Below, one piece after another: positions 1 to 11,157 of a stretch of 44,232 nt of DNA. The first letter of the stretch is position 1. Each line of letters begins with the position of its first letter. The notes under the pieces were generated by a model that was given only the letters and a program-made list of their open reading frames with translations, was not told where the DNA came from and did no database searches. Source of the stretch: Octopus bimaculoides (lineage: Eukaryota); the NCBI RefSeq assembly GCF_001194135.2, contig NC_069009.1, positions 9,255,882 to 9,300,113 of the forward strand, written 5' to 3'. A program made the position numbers and the translations under genes.

Positions 1-172
1 ATATATACGATGGGCTTCTTTCAGTTTCTGTCTACCAAATCCACTCACAAGGCTTTGGTCGGCCCAAGGCTATAGCAGAAGACACTTGCCCAAGGTGCCA
101 CGCAGTGGGACTGAACCCAGAACCATGTGGGTGGTAAGCAAGCTACTTACCACACAACCACTCCTGCGCCTA
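1..172 (-). mobile_element. tRNA-headed SINE, family A (head module)
   Basis: A-box-like TGGttgtgTGG and B-box-like GGTTCAGTCCC, followed by ccttgggcaagtgtcttct...gaaactgaaagaagccc. More than ten copies in the window. Confidence 0.9.
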
Positions 173-184
173 TAGAAAAACCTC

Positions 185-319
185 TCGACCAGACAGGGCC
201 CTGGGACGATGGGATCTCGGGGCCGCAATGTGCGTTCGAGGTGTTCACCGAGTCCTGCAATTCGCATCAGTTTACGCGGATAGCCGCACTCTTCATCGAC
301 GGACGAGCTGAGTGATCCC
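185..319 (-). pseudogene. Orphan, diverged 5.8S rRNA-derived sequence
   Basis: The reverse complement reads GGATCACTCaGCTCGTcCGTCGATGAAGA...GAATTGCAGGAC...CGAACGCACATTGCGGCC...CCTGTCTG, the conserved 5.8S blocks. No 18S or 28S sequence is nearby. Confidence 0.85.
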
Positions 320-339
320 TCGACCATTGCACTGTTTAC

Positions 340-475
340 ATAACTTTCAGTGTTGGCTCTAAATTCTATAGAAAATCTGTAGAGATAACATAAAAGTGAT
401 TGTATTGCACTGCTAACACAAGAAGTAGGACATGGTGTTGACTTAGAAAGCATTTAATATCCTTGTTAGTATAGA
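340..475. mobile_element. Partial TIR of the long-TIR MITE family also seen at 9290-10561
   Basis: ttctatagaaaatctgtagagataac...gcactgctaacac is shared with 10438-10520. Confidence 0.65.
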
Positions 476-480
476 AGATA

Positions 481-1402
481 GTATCAAAAAGGTCTTGGAC
501 TAGTTCTGTAGCACGCCAACAGATTGCAATATACGGTTGCATGCACAATGAGAGCTAGTAGTGACCTTCATGAGGCAGTGTGCTGGGTGACAGTGTTGTG
601 TTTACTTTGCAAGTTGTGAAATTTGTGCTTTTGTGATCGCATGTATGCTGTGGTCTGCGATTTTGCCATGGACAGGAACAAAGAGCAAACATGAAATTTT
701 GCATTAAACTTGGGAAGTCTACAACAGAGACATTGAGCATGCTATGGGAAACTTACGGTGACGAGGCAATGGGTTGTCTATAATGTTTCAAGTGACATGG
801 GTACTTCAAAAGCAGAAGAATGTCCTTGGAAGATGATGACTGATCTGGAAGACCTGCCATGAGTGTCACCGGAAATGTGGTATTGTGCATCAAGAATTCA
901 AACCCCACCCACCCATCCACGGCCAGACCGTCAATCAAGAGTTCTGCTGCAACATTTTGAAGCATCTGAGGGAGGATATTCAGCAAAAGCGGCCGGTTCT
1001 GTGGAGCATGAAGAATTAGATTCTTCACAATGACAATGCACTCTGTCTCTGAGCTCTCCTCTCTCATGAACTTCTCACCAAAAACAACATAGTGTTAACT
1101 CCGCACCCACCCCATTCGCCAGATTTAGCACCTGCAGACTTCCACCTCTTCCCTAAGATGAAAATGCAGCTCAAAAGTTGCCGCTTTAATACCATTGTTG
1201 AAATCCAGAGTGAATCACAGAAGGTCCTCGACTCGCTTATGGAAAATGACTTCCAGGCCAGATTCCAAAAGTGTCAGGAACACTGGGACCAGTGTATTGC
1301 TGGACAAGGTAACTATTTCAAAGGAGCTGACGTTAAAACTTAGGTAAATAAGTTACTTTTAATTAAACATAATTAGTCCTGGAACTTTTTGATACCACCT
1401 CG
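481..1402 (+). mobile_element. Internally deleted mariner (DD34D-type) transposon relic
   Basis: TIRs gtatcaaaaaggtcttggac and gtcctggaactttttgataccacctcg followed by TA. Decayed N-terminal HTH from 668 (KFCIKLGKSTTET) and C-terminal HNDNA...HPPHSPDLAPADFHLFPKMK (ORF 1092-1343). Confidence 0.92.
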
Positions 1403-1544
1403 TATTATGGTTGAATAAAAATATATGGTGTCCCTACTTGCAAATAATATGTAAATAACAGCTGCCAGGAATGTGTTTAATATGTAAATTGGCCAATCCA
1501 GTGGAGCATCCTTAGGTGTTCCATTGGATAGAACTTATGATGAT

Positions 1545-1740
1545 GTTGAAGGTAGCAAAGCTGGTGATGGTGATGATGACGATGATGATGATGACGGTAA
1601 TACTGTAGTGATGATGATGGTGAAGATAACAATGCTGAAGATGATGGTGATGATGATGATGATGGTAGCAATGCTGGTGATGATGGGATGAAAATGGTAA
1701 TGTTGATGTTGATGGTATTGATGATAGTGCTGATGGTTTT
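1545..1740. repeat. Degenerate (GAT/GGT)n trinucleotide tract
   Basis: Direct reading. It generates the spurious His/Ser/Ile-rich ORFs. Confidence 0.95.
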
Positions 1741-1761
1741 CATGCCATTCCCTCTTTCCAG

Positions 1762-1887
1762 TGGTTAATCTGTGTGTACATCTGGACATCTCCAACAAAG
1801 AACACCAGAAAATGTTCGACAGAATATTCTGTTACCTCACATTTGCAGTCAAACACGTACTCAACTGTGTGCCAAATAATAACAATG
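1762..1887 (+). CDS. MEI1: MEI1-like gene, internal exon A (126 nt, phase 1-1): xVNLCVHLDISNKEHQKMFDRIFCYLTFAVKHVLNCVPNNNN
   Basis: Acceptor ccattccctctttccAG (1760-61), donor G|GTAAGT (1888), non-repetitive sequence, open frame. The terminal G joins tt of exon B to give Val. It resembles the remembered human MEI1 segment [27 protein letters not shown]. Confidence 0.8.
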
Positions 1888-2068
1888 GTAAGTACCCCTG
1901 ATACTGTCTCCTTGGTCTATTTGTGAGGGTACTTTATCCCAGGACTTCTTAAACAGACAAACATCAGCCCCTCTTTTTCATTGTGTCCAGTTTAGGCACC
2001 AGGCCAGCAATTTTGAGGGCTGGGTGTTAGTCCATTGCAACAACACCTGCACTTCACAACAATCTGTT

Positions 2069-3372
2069 ATCTTTTAATCTTTTACTTGTTTCAGTCATTA
2101 GATTTTTGGCCATGCTGGGGCACCGCCTTGAAGAATTCATCATCAAACAAATCAGCCCTACTACTTATTGTTTTAAAGCTTGGTACTTATTCTATCGATC
2201 TCTTTTGCTGAAATGCTAAGTTACAGGGATGCAAACACACCAACACTGGTTGTCAAGCAGTGATGGGGGTGGGGACAAACACACACACGCATATATATAG
2301 ACGTTATATACATATATATATATATATATATATANNNNNNNNNNNNNNNNNNNNNNNNNNNNNNNNNNNNNNNNNNNNNNNNNNNNNNNNNNNNNNNNNN
2401 NNNNNNNNNNNNNNNNNNNNNNNNNNNNNNNNNNNNNNNNNNNNNNNNNNNNNNNNNNNNNNNNNNNNNNNNNNNNNNNNNNNNNNNNNNNNNNNNNNNN
2501 NNNNNNNNNNNNNNNNNNNNNNNNNNNNNNNNNNNNNNNNNNNNNNNNNNNNNNNNNNNNNNNNNNNNNNNNNNNNNNNNNNNNNNNNNNNNNNNNNNNN
2601 NNNNNNNNNNNNNNNNNNNNNNNNNNNNNNNNNNNNNNNNNNNNNNNNNNNNNNNNNNNNNNNNNNNNNNNNNNNNNNNNNNNNNNNNNNNNNNNNNNNN
2701 NNNNNNNNNNNNNNNNNNNNNNNNNNNNNNNNNNNNNNNNNNNNNNNNNNNNNNNNNNNNNNNNNNNNNNNNNNNNNNNNNNNNNNNNNNNNNNNNNNNN
2801 NNNNNNNNNNNNNNNNNNNNNNNNNNNNNNNNNNNNNNNNNNNNNNNNNNNNNNNNNNNNNNNNNNNNNNNNNNNNNNNNNNNNNNNNNNNNNNNNNNNN
2901 NNNNNNNNNNNNNNNNNNNNNNNNNNNNNNNNNNNNNNNNNNNNNNNNNNNNNNNNNNNNNNNNNNNNNNNNNNNNNNNNNNNNNNNNNNNNNNNNNNNN
3001 NNNNNNNNNNNNNNNNNNNNNNNNNNNNNNNNNNNNNNNNNNNNNNNNNNNNNNNNNNNNNNNNNNNNNNNNNNNNNNNNNNNNNNNNNNNNNNNNNNNN
3101 NNNNNNNNNNNNNNNNNNNNNNNNNNNNNNNNNNNNNNNNNNNNNNNNNNNNNNNNNNNNNNNNNNNNNNNNNNNNNNNNNNNNNNNNNNNNNNNNNNNN
3201 NNNNNNNNNNNNNNNNNNNNNNNNNNNNNNNNNNNNNNNNNNNNNNNNNNNNNNNNNNNNNNNNNNNNNNNNNNNNNNNNNNNNNNNNNNNNNNNNNNNN
3301 NNNNATATATATATATATATATACATATATACGACGGGCTTCTTTCAGTTTCTGTCAACCAAATCCACTCGC
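2069..3372 (-). mobile_element. Composite SINE (A and B modules) whose internal (TA)n microsatellite is an assembly gap (2335-3304)
   Basis: The B module (tttcagtcat...gctggggcaccgcc...gtcaagc) lies left of the gap and the A-module tail (gggcttctttcagtttc) lies right of it. Confidence 0.8.
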
Positions 3373-3423
3373 ATAGTATAATGTGTTTTTAAAAAAAATT
3401 TCTGTACAATAATTTCTATATTG

Positions 3424-3745
3424 TAGGCGTAGGAGTGGCTATGTGGTAAGTAGCTTGCTTACCAACCACACGGTTCCGGGTTCAATCCCACTGCGTGACA
3501 CCTTCGGCAAGTGCCTTCTACTATTGCCTCGGGCCGACCAAAGCCTTGTGAGTGGATTTGGTAGACGGAAACTGAAAGAAGTCCGTCGTGTATATGTATA
3601 TGTATATATATGTGTGTGTGTGTTTGTGTCTGTGTTTGTTCCACCAACATCACTTGACAACCGATGCTGGTTTGTTTACATCTCCGTAACTTAGCAGTTC
3701 GGCAAAAGAGACCGATAGAATAAGCCCTGGGGTCAATTTGCTTGA
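3424..3745 (+). mobile_element. Composite SINE: A module, TA/TG microsatellite, B module
   Basis: taggcgtaggagtggctatgtggtaag head, then gtttgt...cttgacaaccgatgctgg...aaaagagaccgatagaataag. Confidence 0.9.
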
Positions 3746-4599
3746 CTAATAGAGAATACATAAGAATGAAGTTTAGTAAGGCAGTGGTATATAAGAAGTC
3801 AATACTAGATAGTTAACATAAATAAATGGTAGGAGAAATAGAGGGATAAGAATGAGTTAAAGATAGAATATGATATATATAAGGGACTCGTGTTTGCATA
3901 AAAAATCATCTTAGGTAATATGTATCTTATCTATAAAAGGCAGATTTTTCTCTGTGTGTGTGTGTGTATGTTTAAAATTCATACATTTACACAATTCCAA
4001 ATTTCTTGGATTAAAGAATCGGAATTAATATTCTAAATACAATAAGTTAGGTCACAGCGCCGTTTTTTTAGTCAAAATAACTCCTAATGACGAATAAAAT
4101 CCATAAAACTACACAAATTAACATTTCCTCCCTAATAAAATCTAATTTCCTCTTTTTACTACCTTTACAAATCCTTTCAACTCCTACTTTCTCTTATGAA
4201 CCTTTACGAACGATCCAACAACAAATACAAAAAGAAAGGAAGGAGAAACACTGACAGTAAAAGAATGAAGCAGAAAGAAGTAAAAACAGAAAGACAGTTG
4301 TTAATATTACAATTAAAATAGTATATGTACTTGCTGTGTCTATAAAGTTAAATTGCAAATGGAAATAAAACAGGTATACTTAAAAAATAAATAAATAAAT
4401 GTAGGGGAGATAAATGAGCAGAGGAAGAGAAGAGCAAAAAAATAAATAAATAAAGCTAAGGATATTGATGTGTTCGGTTATACAGTAGGTGTGTTTTAGT
4501 ATATATAAAAAAAAAGATTATTTTACAGGTAATAATCTAGTTTAGTTTCATGTGAGGAGGATATGTAATGGTAGTAATATATATTAAATGTATATATAT

Positions 4600-4770
4600 A
4601 TATATATAACAGGCTTCTTTCAGTTTCCATCCACCAAATCCACTCGCAAGGCTTTGGTTTGCCTGAGGCTATAGTAGAAGACACTCTCCTAAGGTGCCAT
4701 GCAGTGGGTCTGAACCCGGAACCATGTGGTCAGAAAGAAAACATTTTACCACACAGCTATGCCTGCACTT
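4600..4770 (-). mobile_element. SINE family A
   Basis: Reverse complement of the family A consensus. Confidence 0.85.
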
Positions 4771-5156
4771 GCTAGCTTATTATTGATATAGGGTAAGGTT
4801 TTCTGCTATAGCTACAATACATTTGTAATGTTTTGTAATCTACTGCTAGATTGCTTTAATTACTACATTCTTTAATACAATAAAACCTTTTCCCGCTGAA
4901 TATGTGCTGCTGAAATTAGAATGCATCTAATATGCTGATGCACTTTTTATGTCATCAAATACAGAGACTGCTTATTCTATTCTGTCTTTTCTTTCATAAA
5001 GAGGAGTTTCCATGACGGATCCAGTGCATCACTTACAAACTTTTGCCCATTTTTTAGGACCGATTGACTGGTGGCTCAAATGCTATTCAAACTGAACCCT
5101 TCTTTATTTTAGAAACCAAATGTCTCAAAGGCAGTGGATTGGTGAAAAATCATTAA

Positions 5157-5389
5157 CCTGTATATACCCCTGGTTGTGTTTTCGCAATGTAAAACCTTCT
5201 CCTACTTTTTGGGACATGAACTCGCTGGGAAGCATCTGACTGAATAAATGAAATGTTCAGTTGGTAGTTGACACTTGTAGCTAACAGTTGCATACTGTCC
5301 TTCTCTTCCAGATTGTGAAAGCTTACCATAACATTTAATCTAAATACAGTGACATTGTAAGACTTCATTTGTTTATGGGCATGTATGGG
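5157..5389. mobile_element. piggyBac-type MITE, copy 1 (233 bp)
   Basis: TTAA on both sides (5153-56, 5390-93). Termini CCtgtatataccc...gggcatgtatGGG. Confidence 0.8.
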
Positions 5390-5399
5390 TTAAGATTAA

Positions 5400-5525
5400 T
5401 TTTGAGGATCTGATCAAAGACTCTGCAATTAAAAAAAGCAGGAGGAAACTTTTCAAATATAAATAAAGTGGAAGCATACAAAATTAAACATTATTTTCCT
5501 TCTTGCTATTAGTTTTATTCTTTTA
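5400..5525 (+). mobile_element. Probable hAT 3-prime fragment (second copy at 24838-24960)
   Basis: gaggatctgatcaaagact.tgcaattaaaaaa reads DLIKDxAIKK, similar to the end of the hATC dimerisation domain. Two copies in the window. Confidence 0.5.
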
Positions 5526-5603
5526 CTTGTTTTGATCTTTTGACTGTGGCCATGCTGGAGTACTGCCTTTATGATCAGAAATATAATTTCGAAGTGATTA
5601 AAA

Positions 5604-5838
5604 CCCATATATACCCCTGGTTGTGTTTTTGCAACATAAAACCTGCTTTCACTTGTTTGGACATGAATTCGCCGGGGTAACATCTGACTGAACATACGAA
5701 ATGTTCAGTTGGTAGTTGACACTCGTAGCTAACAGTTGCATACTGTCCTTCTCTTCCAGATTGTGAAAGCTAACCATAATGTTTAATCTAAATACAGTGA
5801 CATTTTAAGACTTCCTTTTTTTTATGGGCATATATGGG
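5604..5838. mobile_element. piggyBac-type MITE, copy 2 (235 bp)
   Basis: Termini CCCATATATACCC...GGGCATATATGGG followed by TTAA. Highly similar to copy 1. Confidence 0.8.
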
Positions 5839-5954
5839 TTAAAGCATCAAACAAAATGCCTTGTGGCATTTGATTTGGATCTCTGCATTCTTAGATCAAA
5901 TCCCACTGAGATCAACTTTGACTTTCATCTCTCCAAGATAGATAAATTGAAGTA

Positions 5955-6160
5955 TGTATTTGTGTCTGTTTGTCCCTCACCACTGCTTGTTTATGTCCCT
6001 ATAACTTATTGGTTTGGCAAAAGAGACCGATAGAATAAGTACTAAGCTTAAAAAAAAGTACTGGGGTTGATTCATTCAACTAAAGTATTCTTCAAGGTGG
6101 TGCTCCAGCATGGCCGCAGTCTAATGACTGAAACAAGTTAAATGTAAACGATAAAAGATT
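5955..6160 (+). mobile_element. SINE B module
   Basis: aaaagagaccgatagaataagtac...ggtgctccagcatggccgcagtc.aatgactgaaacaag. Confidence 0.85.
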
Positions 6161-6712
6161 ATAATTAGAAGGAATTATTCGATAGGGGTAAATGAAGGAT
6201 TAAAATTATTATTGTTGTAGTTTAGCCCCAGTTCAGTCCTAATCCAGCTGACCTATGATCTATGATGTTTCAGCTGTCATCATTCCATTTTATAGACATA
6301 GTATGTCTAGGAATATATTATCAAATGTGTAGTGTAGTGATTAGTATAAGTGGATACAGTTGTTGTTGCTGTTGTTTAGCTCCAGATCAGCTGTGGTTAA
6401 ATGCATCTATGCATGCATATAGTTGGCTGAAGGACCAGGTACAACATTATATATACGTGTGTATGTGTGTGTGTGTGTGTGTGGTTCAAAAATATACAAA
6501 ACATACAAAAACAGGAAGAGGTAAGGAAACAACAAACAAGGTGTATTATTATTATAGTCTGACACTCAGGGAAAATGAAAGAAGTCTTTGATGTTTCAAG
6601 CCTATGCTCTGTTACAGAAAGTTATGAGGAGAGACATCAGAGAGAGAGAGAGAGGTGGGTAAAAAGTGAAGAGAGAAAAAATCGTGTCTGAATTAATGGT
6701 GCTTCATGTTGA

Positions 6713-6752
<40 letters not shown>

Positions 6753-7199
6753 ATATGTATGTATGTATTTAACGTAGTCATTGGTTATGGTCAGTCAGAA
6801 AGTTACTATTGGTTTCACACCTATTATGTTCTTAGCAATACCAGCGACTCATCAAACCTTCAGGCCAGAGGCATATAACTTCCTTACTAATGGAGATATG
6901 AATAGTATCTTTGTCATAGCTTGTGAAAAAACTCATGAAATTCTTTGAAGTGAAACCCTTTCTGGATGAGATGGAGTTATATCCCTTTGACCTGTTCCAC
7001 TTGTGTCTAGTTTATGTATAATTTCCATTCACTCGTCAGCAAGCATGGAATTCCATGTCTCTAACATGGATTTTCTTTCATGAAAGCACCAGTAAGACAT
7101 CACATGGTTTGTGTTCTACAGTATATGTTACATTGTAACAGAGGACTTTACTACACATTCTGACATGCACTGTTTAATTATATGTAGTATAGTAATGTA

Positions 7200-7520
7200 G
7201 TGTGAAGGTGCATTACTGAGGGGTCAGGCTATTCGGCTCACAACCGTAAGGTCATGAGTTTGATTCCCAGTGATACATTGTGTCCTTGAGCAAGACACTT
7301 TATTTCACGTTGCTCCATTCCATTTAGCTGGCAAAAATGAGTAGTACCAGTATTTCAAAGGGCCCGTTTTGTCACACTCTGTGTCACGCTAAATCTCCCT
7401 GAGAACTGCATTAAGGGTACATATGTCTGTAGAGTACTCAGTCACTTGCACGTTAATTTCATGAGCAGACTGTTCTGTTGATGAGATCAACTAGAATCCT
7501 CATTATCATAACCAACAGAA
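7200..7520 (+). mobile_element. tRNA-headed SINE, family C (other copies on the minus strand at about 19545-19800, 26690-26964, 39510-39812 and 40275-40575)
   Basis: The copy near 19800 has A box TAGCTCAGTGG. The central block tgtgtccttgagcaagacactttatttcacgttgctcca resembles the Nin/Deu-type SINE domains. Confidence 0.8.
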
Positions 7521-7569
7521 TACCAGTTAGTGATGTAGTCTAGAATGGGAATAATAGAATAACAGAATT

Positions 7570-7835
7570 ATTTTCTCATTTTGGGCTCTTTATAACCATT
7601 TGATGTCATGTATTCTCCTTAAGCATATGAACTGGAAGCTTTTCGTTGTTCTTTCTTATAATTTTATCACTTTCCAGTTTTCACATCCGTAGAGTAATAC
7701 TGGTCAGACCAATGTCTTGAACAACTTCTTCATTTTGTGGCCTATACCTTTGCTTCTTCATACTGTTTTTAAATTTTAAAATGCTCTCCAAGCTTTGGTT
7801 ATTCTGTTCTTTATACCCTTCGTTCCTCAACCATC
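7570..7835 (-). mobile_element. Decayed RTE-like LINE fragment from the RT C-terminal region
   Basis: The minus strand translates to RITKAWRAF...KLFKTLVxPVLLYGCENWKVIK...FQFICLRRI, interrupted by stops. Confidence 0.8.
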
Positions 7836-7867
7836 CCTAAACATGAGAATTTATTTCTTTTTTCCAG

Positions 7868-8013
7868 TTGTATCACTGTTGATTCAGAATGAGAAGTTTC
7901 TAGAAAAATTAGAGATGGTTTTACAGAACATGAATGAAGGCCTCTTATTGTTGAAGATACAAGTCATCCATTTACTCAACCAACTCATTAAGACTGTCCC
8001 CCATGACACTCAG
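7868..8013 (+). CDS. MEI1: MEI1-like exon B (146 nt, phase 1-0): VVSLLIQNEKFLEKLEMVLQNMNEGLLLLKIQVIHLLNQLIKTVPHDTQ
   Basis: Acceptor ttatttctttttttccAG, donor CAG|GTGAGA. Lies inside ORF 7795-8046, has a helical-repeat character, and is phase-compatible with exons A and C. Confidence 0.85.
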
Positions 8014-8054
8014 GTGAGATACAAAGACATTCACAGTATCGTCTGACCTTTGTA

Positions 8055-8720
8055 AGGATGATGCTTTTATCTTTTACTTGTTTCAGTCATTGGCCTGCAA
8101 CCATGCTGGGGCACACTCTTGAAGGGTTTAGTTCAGTAGTTCTTAGCCATTTTTTACCTATGAACCCCTTTGATTCTTATTTTACACAGGTGAGCCCCCA
8201 TAGCCATTTGATGTTTAAAAAAATCCCATCATATTATAATAATTAAATATTAGAAAAGAAATATTATGAAAAATTGTTTAAATATTTTGTGTTATTGAAG
8301 AAGTATAAGCAATTTATTGCAAATAAATTTTAACTACAAAATCTTATATGGACCCCCAGGGGCCATGTGGACCCCAGTTGAGAACCACTGCATTTGTTGG
8401 ACAAATCAACCCTAGTACTTATTTTTTAATGTCTGATACTTATTCTATCAGTCTCTTTTTCTGAACCACTAAGTGATGGGGATGTAAACAAACTAATACC
8501 AGTTGTCAAGCAAAGATGGGTGGGGAATACACACACACACACACATACATATATATGACAGGCTTCTACACAGTTTCCATTTATTGTATTCATTCACAAG
8601 GTGTTAATCAACCTGGGGCTGTAATAGAAGACACTTCCCCTGAGGTGTCGTGCAGTGGACTGAACCTGAAACCATATGATTGCCGAGTGAGCTTCTTATC
8701 CACACACAGCCTTGCCAATT
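8055..8720 (-). mobile_element. Composite SINE interrupted by a hAT-MITE 3-prime part (about 8150-8393, TIR gttgagaaccactg)
   Basis: The B module is split at about 8130/8395. CAGTGGTTCTCAA-type TIR. Confidence 0.7.
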
Positions 8721-9289
8721 TTCAACCTGTCCATCACATATCTTCCCCTCACTGTACCCTACTGCCAATGTAACAAGTGATGAAATTGTACCTACTTGCA
8801 TTCAGTGCCCCTCCATCCTCTACCCAATACACATGATCATCATCTTTTCCATAATGAAGGTCAACATTGCCTCTCTGCTTTTTCTCACCTTCTCATCCCA
8901 ATCACTCTGTCTCCACATCATACTTTCTTGTACCTTCCAGCCACTCATCTTAGTTACTCTTCTGTTTTTGCTCTCTCATCCATTTAACCTTTTGTTCATG
9001 TTGTCTTGAGCAAACACAGTATAGAACAGTGTTTCCCAATCTATTTTCCCTCAGGCCCCACTCTAATTTTCCTGAAAAATGTATGCCCCATCAGTGTTTG
9101 GAAAAAAAAAATTATTTTCAATATCATTATGTTTTGGGATGGTCATTTTCTTGTTTTTTCCTGCCAAATAAACACATGTACTATATACTCATACTTCACT
9201 CATTTATTATTGTTTTATTTTATCTTATGTTCATTGTCTGGAAATCTTTTGTCACACATCTGTGACCTCTTCAGCAACCTTTTCTCTCT

Positions 9290-9600
9290 ACACTTTTATA
9301 AGTCAATACTGTGTTCTACTGGGTTAGAAATGCACTTAAATCACATGTTAAGGTGATCTCTATAGATTTTCGATAGAAACTATAGTCAGCACTGACTTGT
9401 TACAATGTTTCATATCTGAGATGCCTAATCTAAACAACTATGTGACCAAAGATGAAAAATGGACAATGGACGTACATGCCACATATCAGGAGTTTTTGTT
9501 CTTTTATCAGCACCCATCTAACCCATTAACCAACCATGAACTAATTGCTTAAATAATCACTAAATATAGCAGTGTAACATTATTGAATATACCAATTTTA
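9290..9600. mobile_element. Long-TIR MITE, truncated copy
   Basis: Colinear with 10150-10420 (gtcaatactgtgttct...caaagatgaaaaatgg...aaatatagcagtgtaaca). Confidence 0.7.
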
Positions 9601-9652
9601 CATATTAAATACATTCCTGGAAATTGATACATAAATATCAATGACCTGTAGA

Positions 9653-10561
9653 GACATCGTATTTCATTATGCAACCATAATATACACATACATGCAGGAA
9701 GTAAATAGACACCTTTAATTTTCAAAATCTTTTATTTGATATTAATGGGTTGAAGGAGAGGTTTTCTTCTAGCTGCTCCTCCTTTCTGAGGGCCCGGGCT
9801 GGTTGGGATGAGAATCTGTTGATTCTTTTCCTTAGCTTTTGAATAGCACTATAATTCTATTAACAGTAGCAAGAGGAATTTGAAGAGTTTCAGCAATTTT
9901 TCGCTGGCTAAGACCAGCCTCAGATTGCCCAACAATACAAATTCTTTGAAAATCTAACAGTTCTGCTGAATTTTTTGTGTGTGGCATGGTTACTCTTTGC
10001 AAATGTTTAATATAATGGCACCTGGAATGAAAAAGAATAATTACATTGTAAATTCTACACCGTTGAAAACATTAAGATGCTTAGATCAGAAATTTTGAAA
10101 ATTAAAGGTGTCTGTTTACTTCCTGCATGTCTGTGTATACTACAAAATATATTAAACATTTTTATGTGTCAATACTGTGTTCTGTTGTGTTAGCAATGCT
10201 ATTACGTCTCTACAGATATAGCCAGCACTGATTTTGTTAAGACAGTTCATATCCAAGACACCTGATGTAAACAACAATGAGATCAAAGATGAAAAATGGG
10301 TACTAGGTGTATATGCCATATTTCCGATGTTTTTGTTTCTTCATCAGCTCCAATCCATCCCATTATTCCTCCACAAGCACATTGCTTAAACTGCCATTAA
10401 ATATAGCAGTGTAACAAAATCAATACTGGATATAATTTCTATAGAAAATCTGTAGAGATAACCTAAACACGTGATATTATAGCACTGCTAACACAGAAGA
10501 ACACAGTATTGTCTTATGAAAACGTTTAATATATTATGGTTGCATAACGAAATACAGTGTC
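9653..10561. mobile_element. Long-TIR MITE of unassigned superfamily, with a Tc1 element nested in its left TIR
   Basis: The left end gacatcgtatttcattatgcaaccataata is the inverse of the right end tattatggttgcataacgaaatacagtgtc, and the TIR continues after the Tc1 insert. Confidence 0.75.
9683..10137 (-). mobile_element. Tc1-like deletion derivative with both TIRs and TA target duplication
   Basis: TIRs of about 46 bp (TACAC...CATGCAGGAAGTAAA..GACACCTTTAATTTTCAAAAT), TA at 9681-82 and 10138-39. The minus ORF from 9987, [46 protein letters not shown], is a paired-like HTH. Confidence 0.92.
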
Positions 10562-10791
10562 CATGCCAGCAATTAACACCAAATCAAATGAAGCACATAA
10601 GTAAGGTATGGTTCTTTGACTCATCTGGACGGGAAGTAATTCTAAATGTGACTCAGACCAAACTGACCAGCCCAAGTCACATCAGTATGTAAAACAATGA
10701 TAATCATTATGATGATGGTGGTGGTGGTGGTGGTGGTGGTGGTGGTGGTGGTGGTTGTGGTAGTATAAGTATTCCTTCTTATTTTCCCCAG

Positions 10792-11040
10792 GTCGTCCAT
10801 CCCGTCACCATATCCTTTGACAACATCAGTGTCATGTATGAAGGACACAATATCACAGCCAGGCACCAGGTCTTTGAATTCTTGTCTTCTCTGTTTCAAG
10901 CCCACTTCCAGTCTGCAGTTGTCCACGTACACTTCTGGTCCTCACTTTCAGCTGTTACTAAGGAGACGACATCCCTTGCTACAACTCATAGTAAGCAACT
11001 GAGGAAGTTATATATTTACCTGCAACAAGATATTGTTAAG
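10792..11040 (+). CDS. MEI1: MEI1-like exon C (249 nt, phase 0-0): VVHPVTISFDNISVMYEG...FQAHFQSAVVHV...SKQLRKLYIYLQQDIVK
   Basis: Acceptor ttccttcttattttccccAG, donor AAG|GTAAGA, 83 open codons (ORF 10834-11049). It resembles the remembered MEI1 segments LRQSFSSALV and SQVRSLVIGLQNLLVQ. Confidence 0.88.
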
Positions 11041-11157
11041 GTAAGATGAAGTGTGTGAGTGCGTGTGTGCGTGTGTGTGTGTGTGAATCTATGATGTATG
11101 TATATGTATAATTATATGTCAGTACATACATGTACAACTACAAATATTTGTGCAGGT

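Noticed and set aside
185-319. Functional rDNA unit
   Set aside because: There is no 18S or 28S, the 5-prime end is eroded, there is an internal deletion, and the sequence lies among TEs.
1477-1798. His/Ser/Ile-rich ORFs here and at 40975-41227
   Set aside because: These are translations of (CAT/CAC)n microsatellites with no splice or domain support.
1762-1887. Alternative phase-0 frame of exon A (WLICVYIWTSP...)
   Set aside because: It is also open, but it is incompatible with the phase-1 start of exon B and shows no MEI1 similarity.
3424-3500. tRNA genes at SINE heads (many sites)
   Set aside because: A and B boxes are present, but there is no acceptor stem and each is followed by SINE body sequence.
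4985-5150. Unique-looking stretch with several pyrimidine-AG acceptors
   Set aside because: All frames hit stops before a credible donor, and the exon is not needed for the MEI1 phase chain.
6836-6948. Possible extra phase-1 exon AIPATHQTFRPEAYNFL...
   Set aside because: The acceptor is weak, there is no good donor before an in-frame TGA at 6946-48, and exons A and B already join in frame without it.
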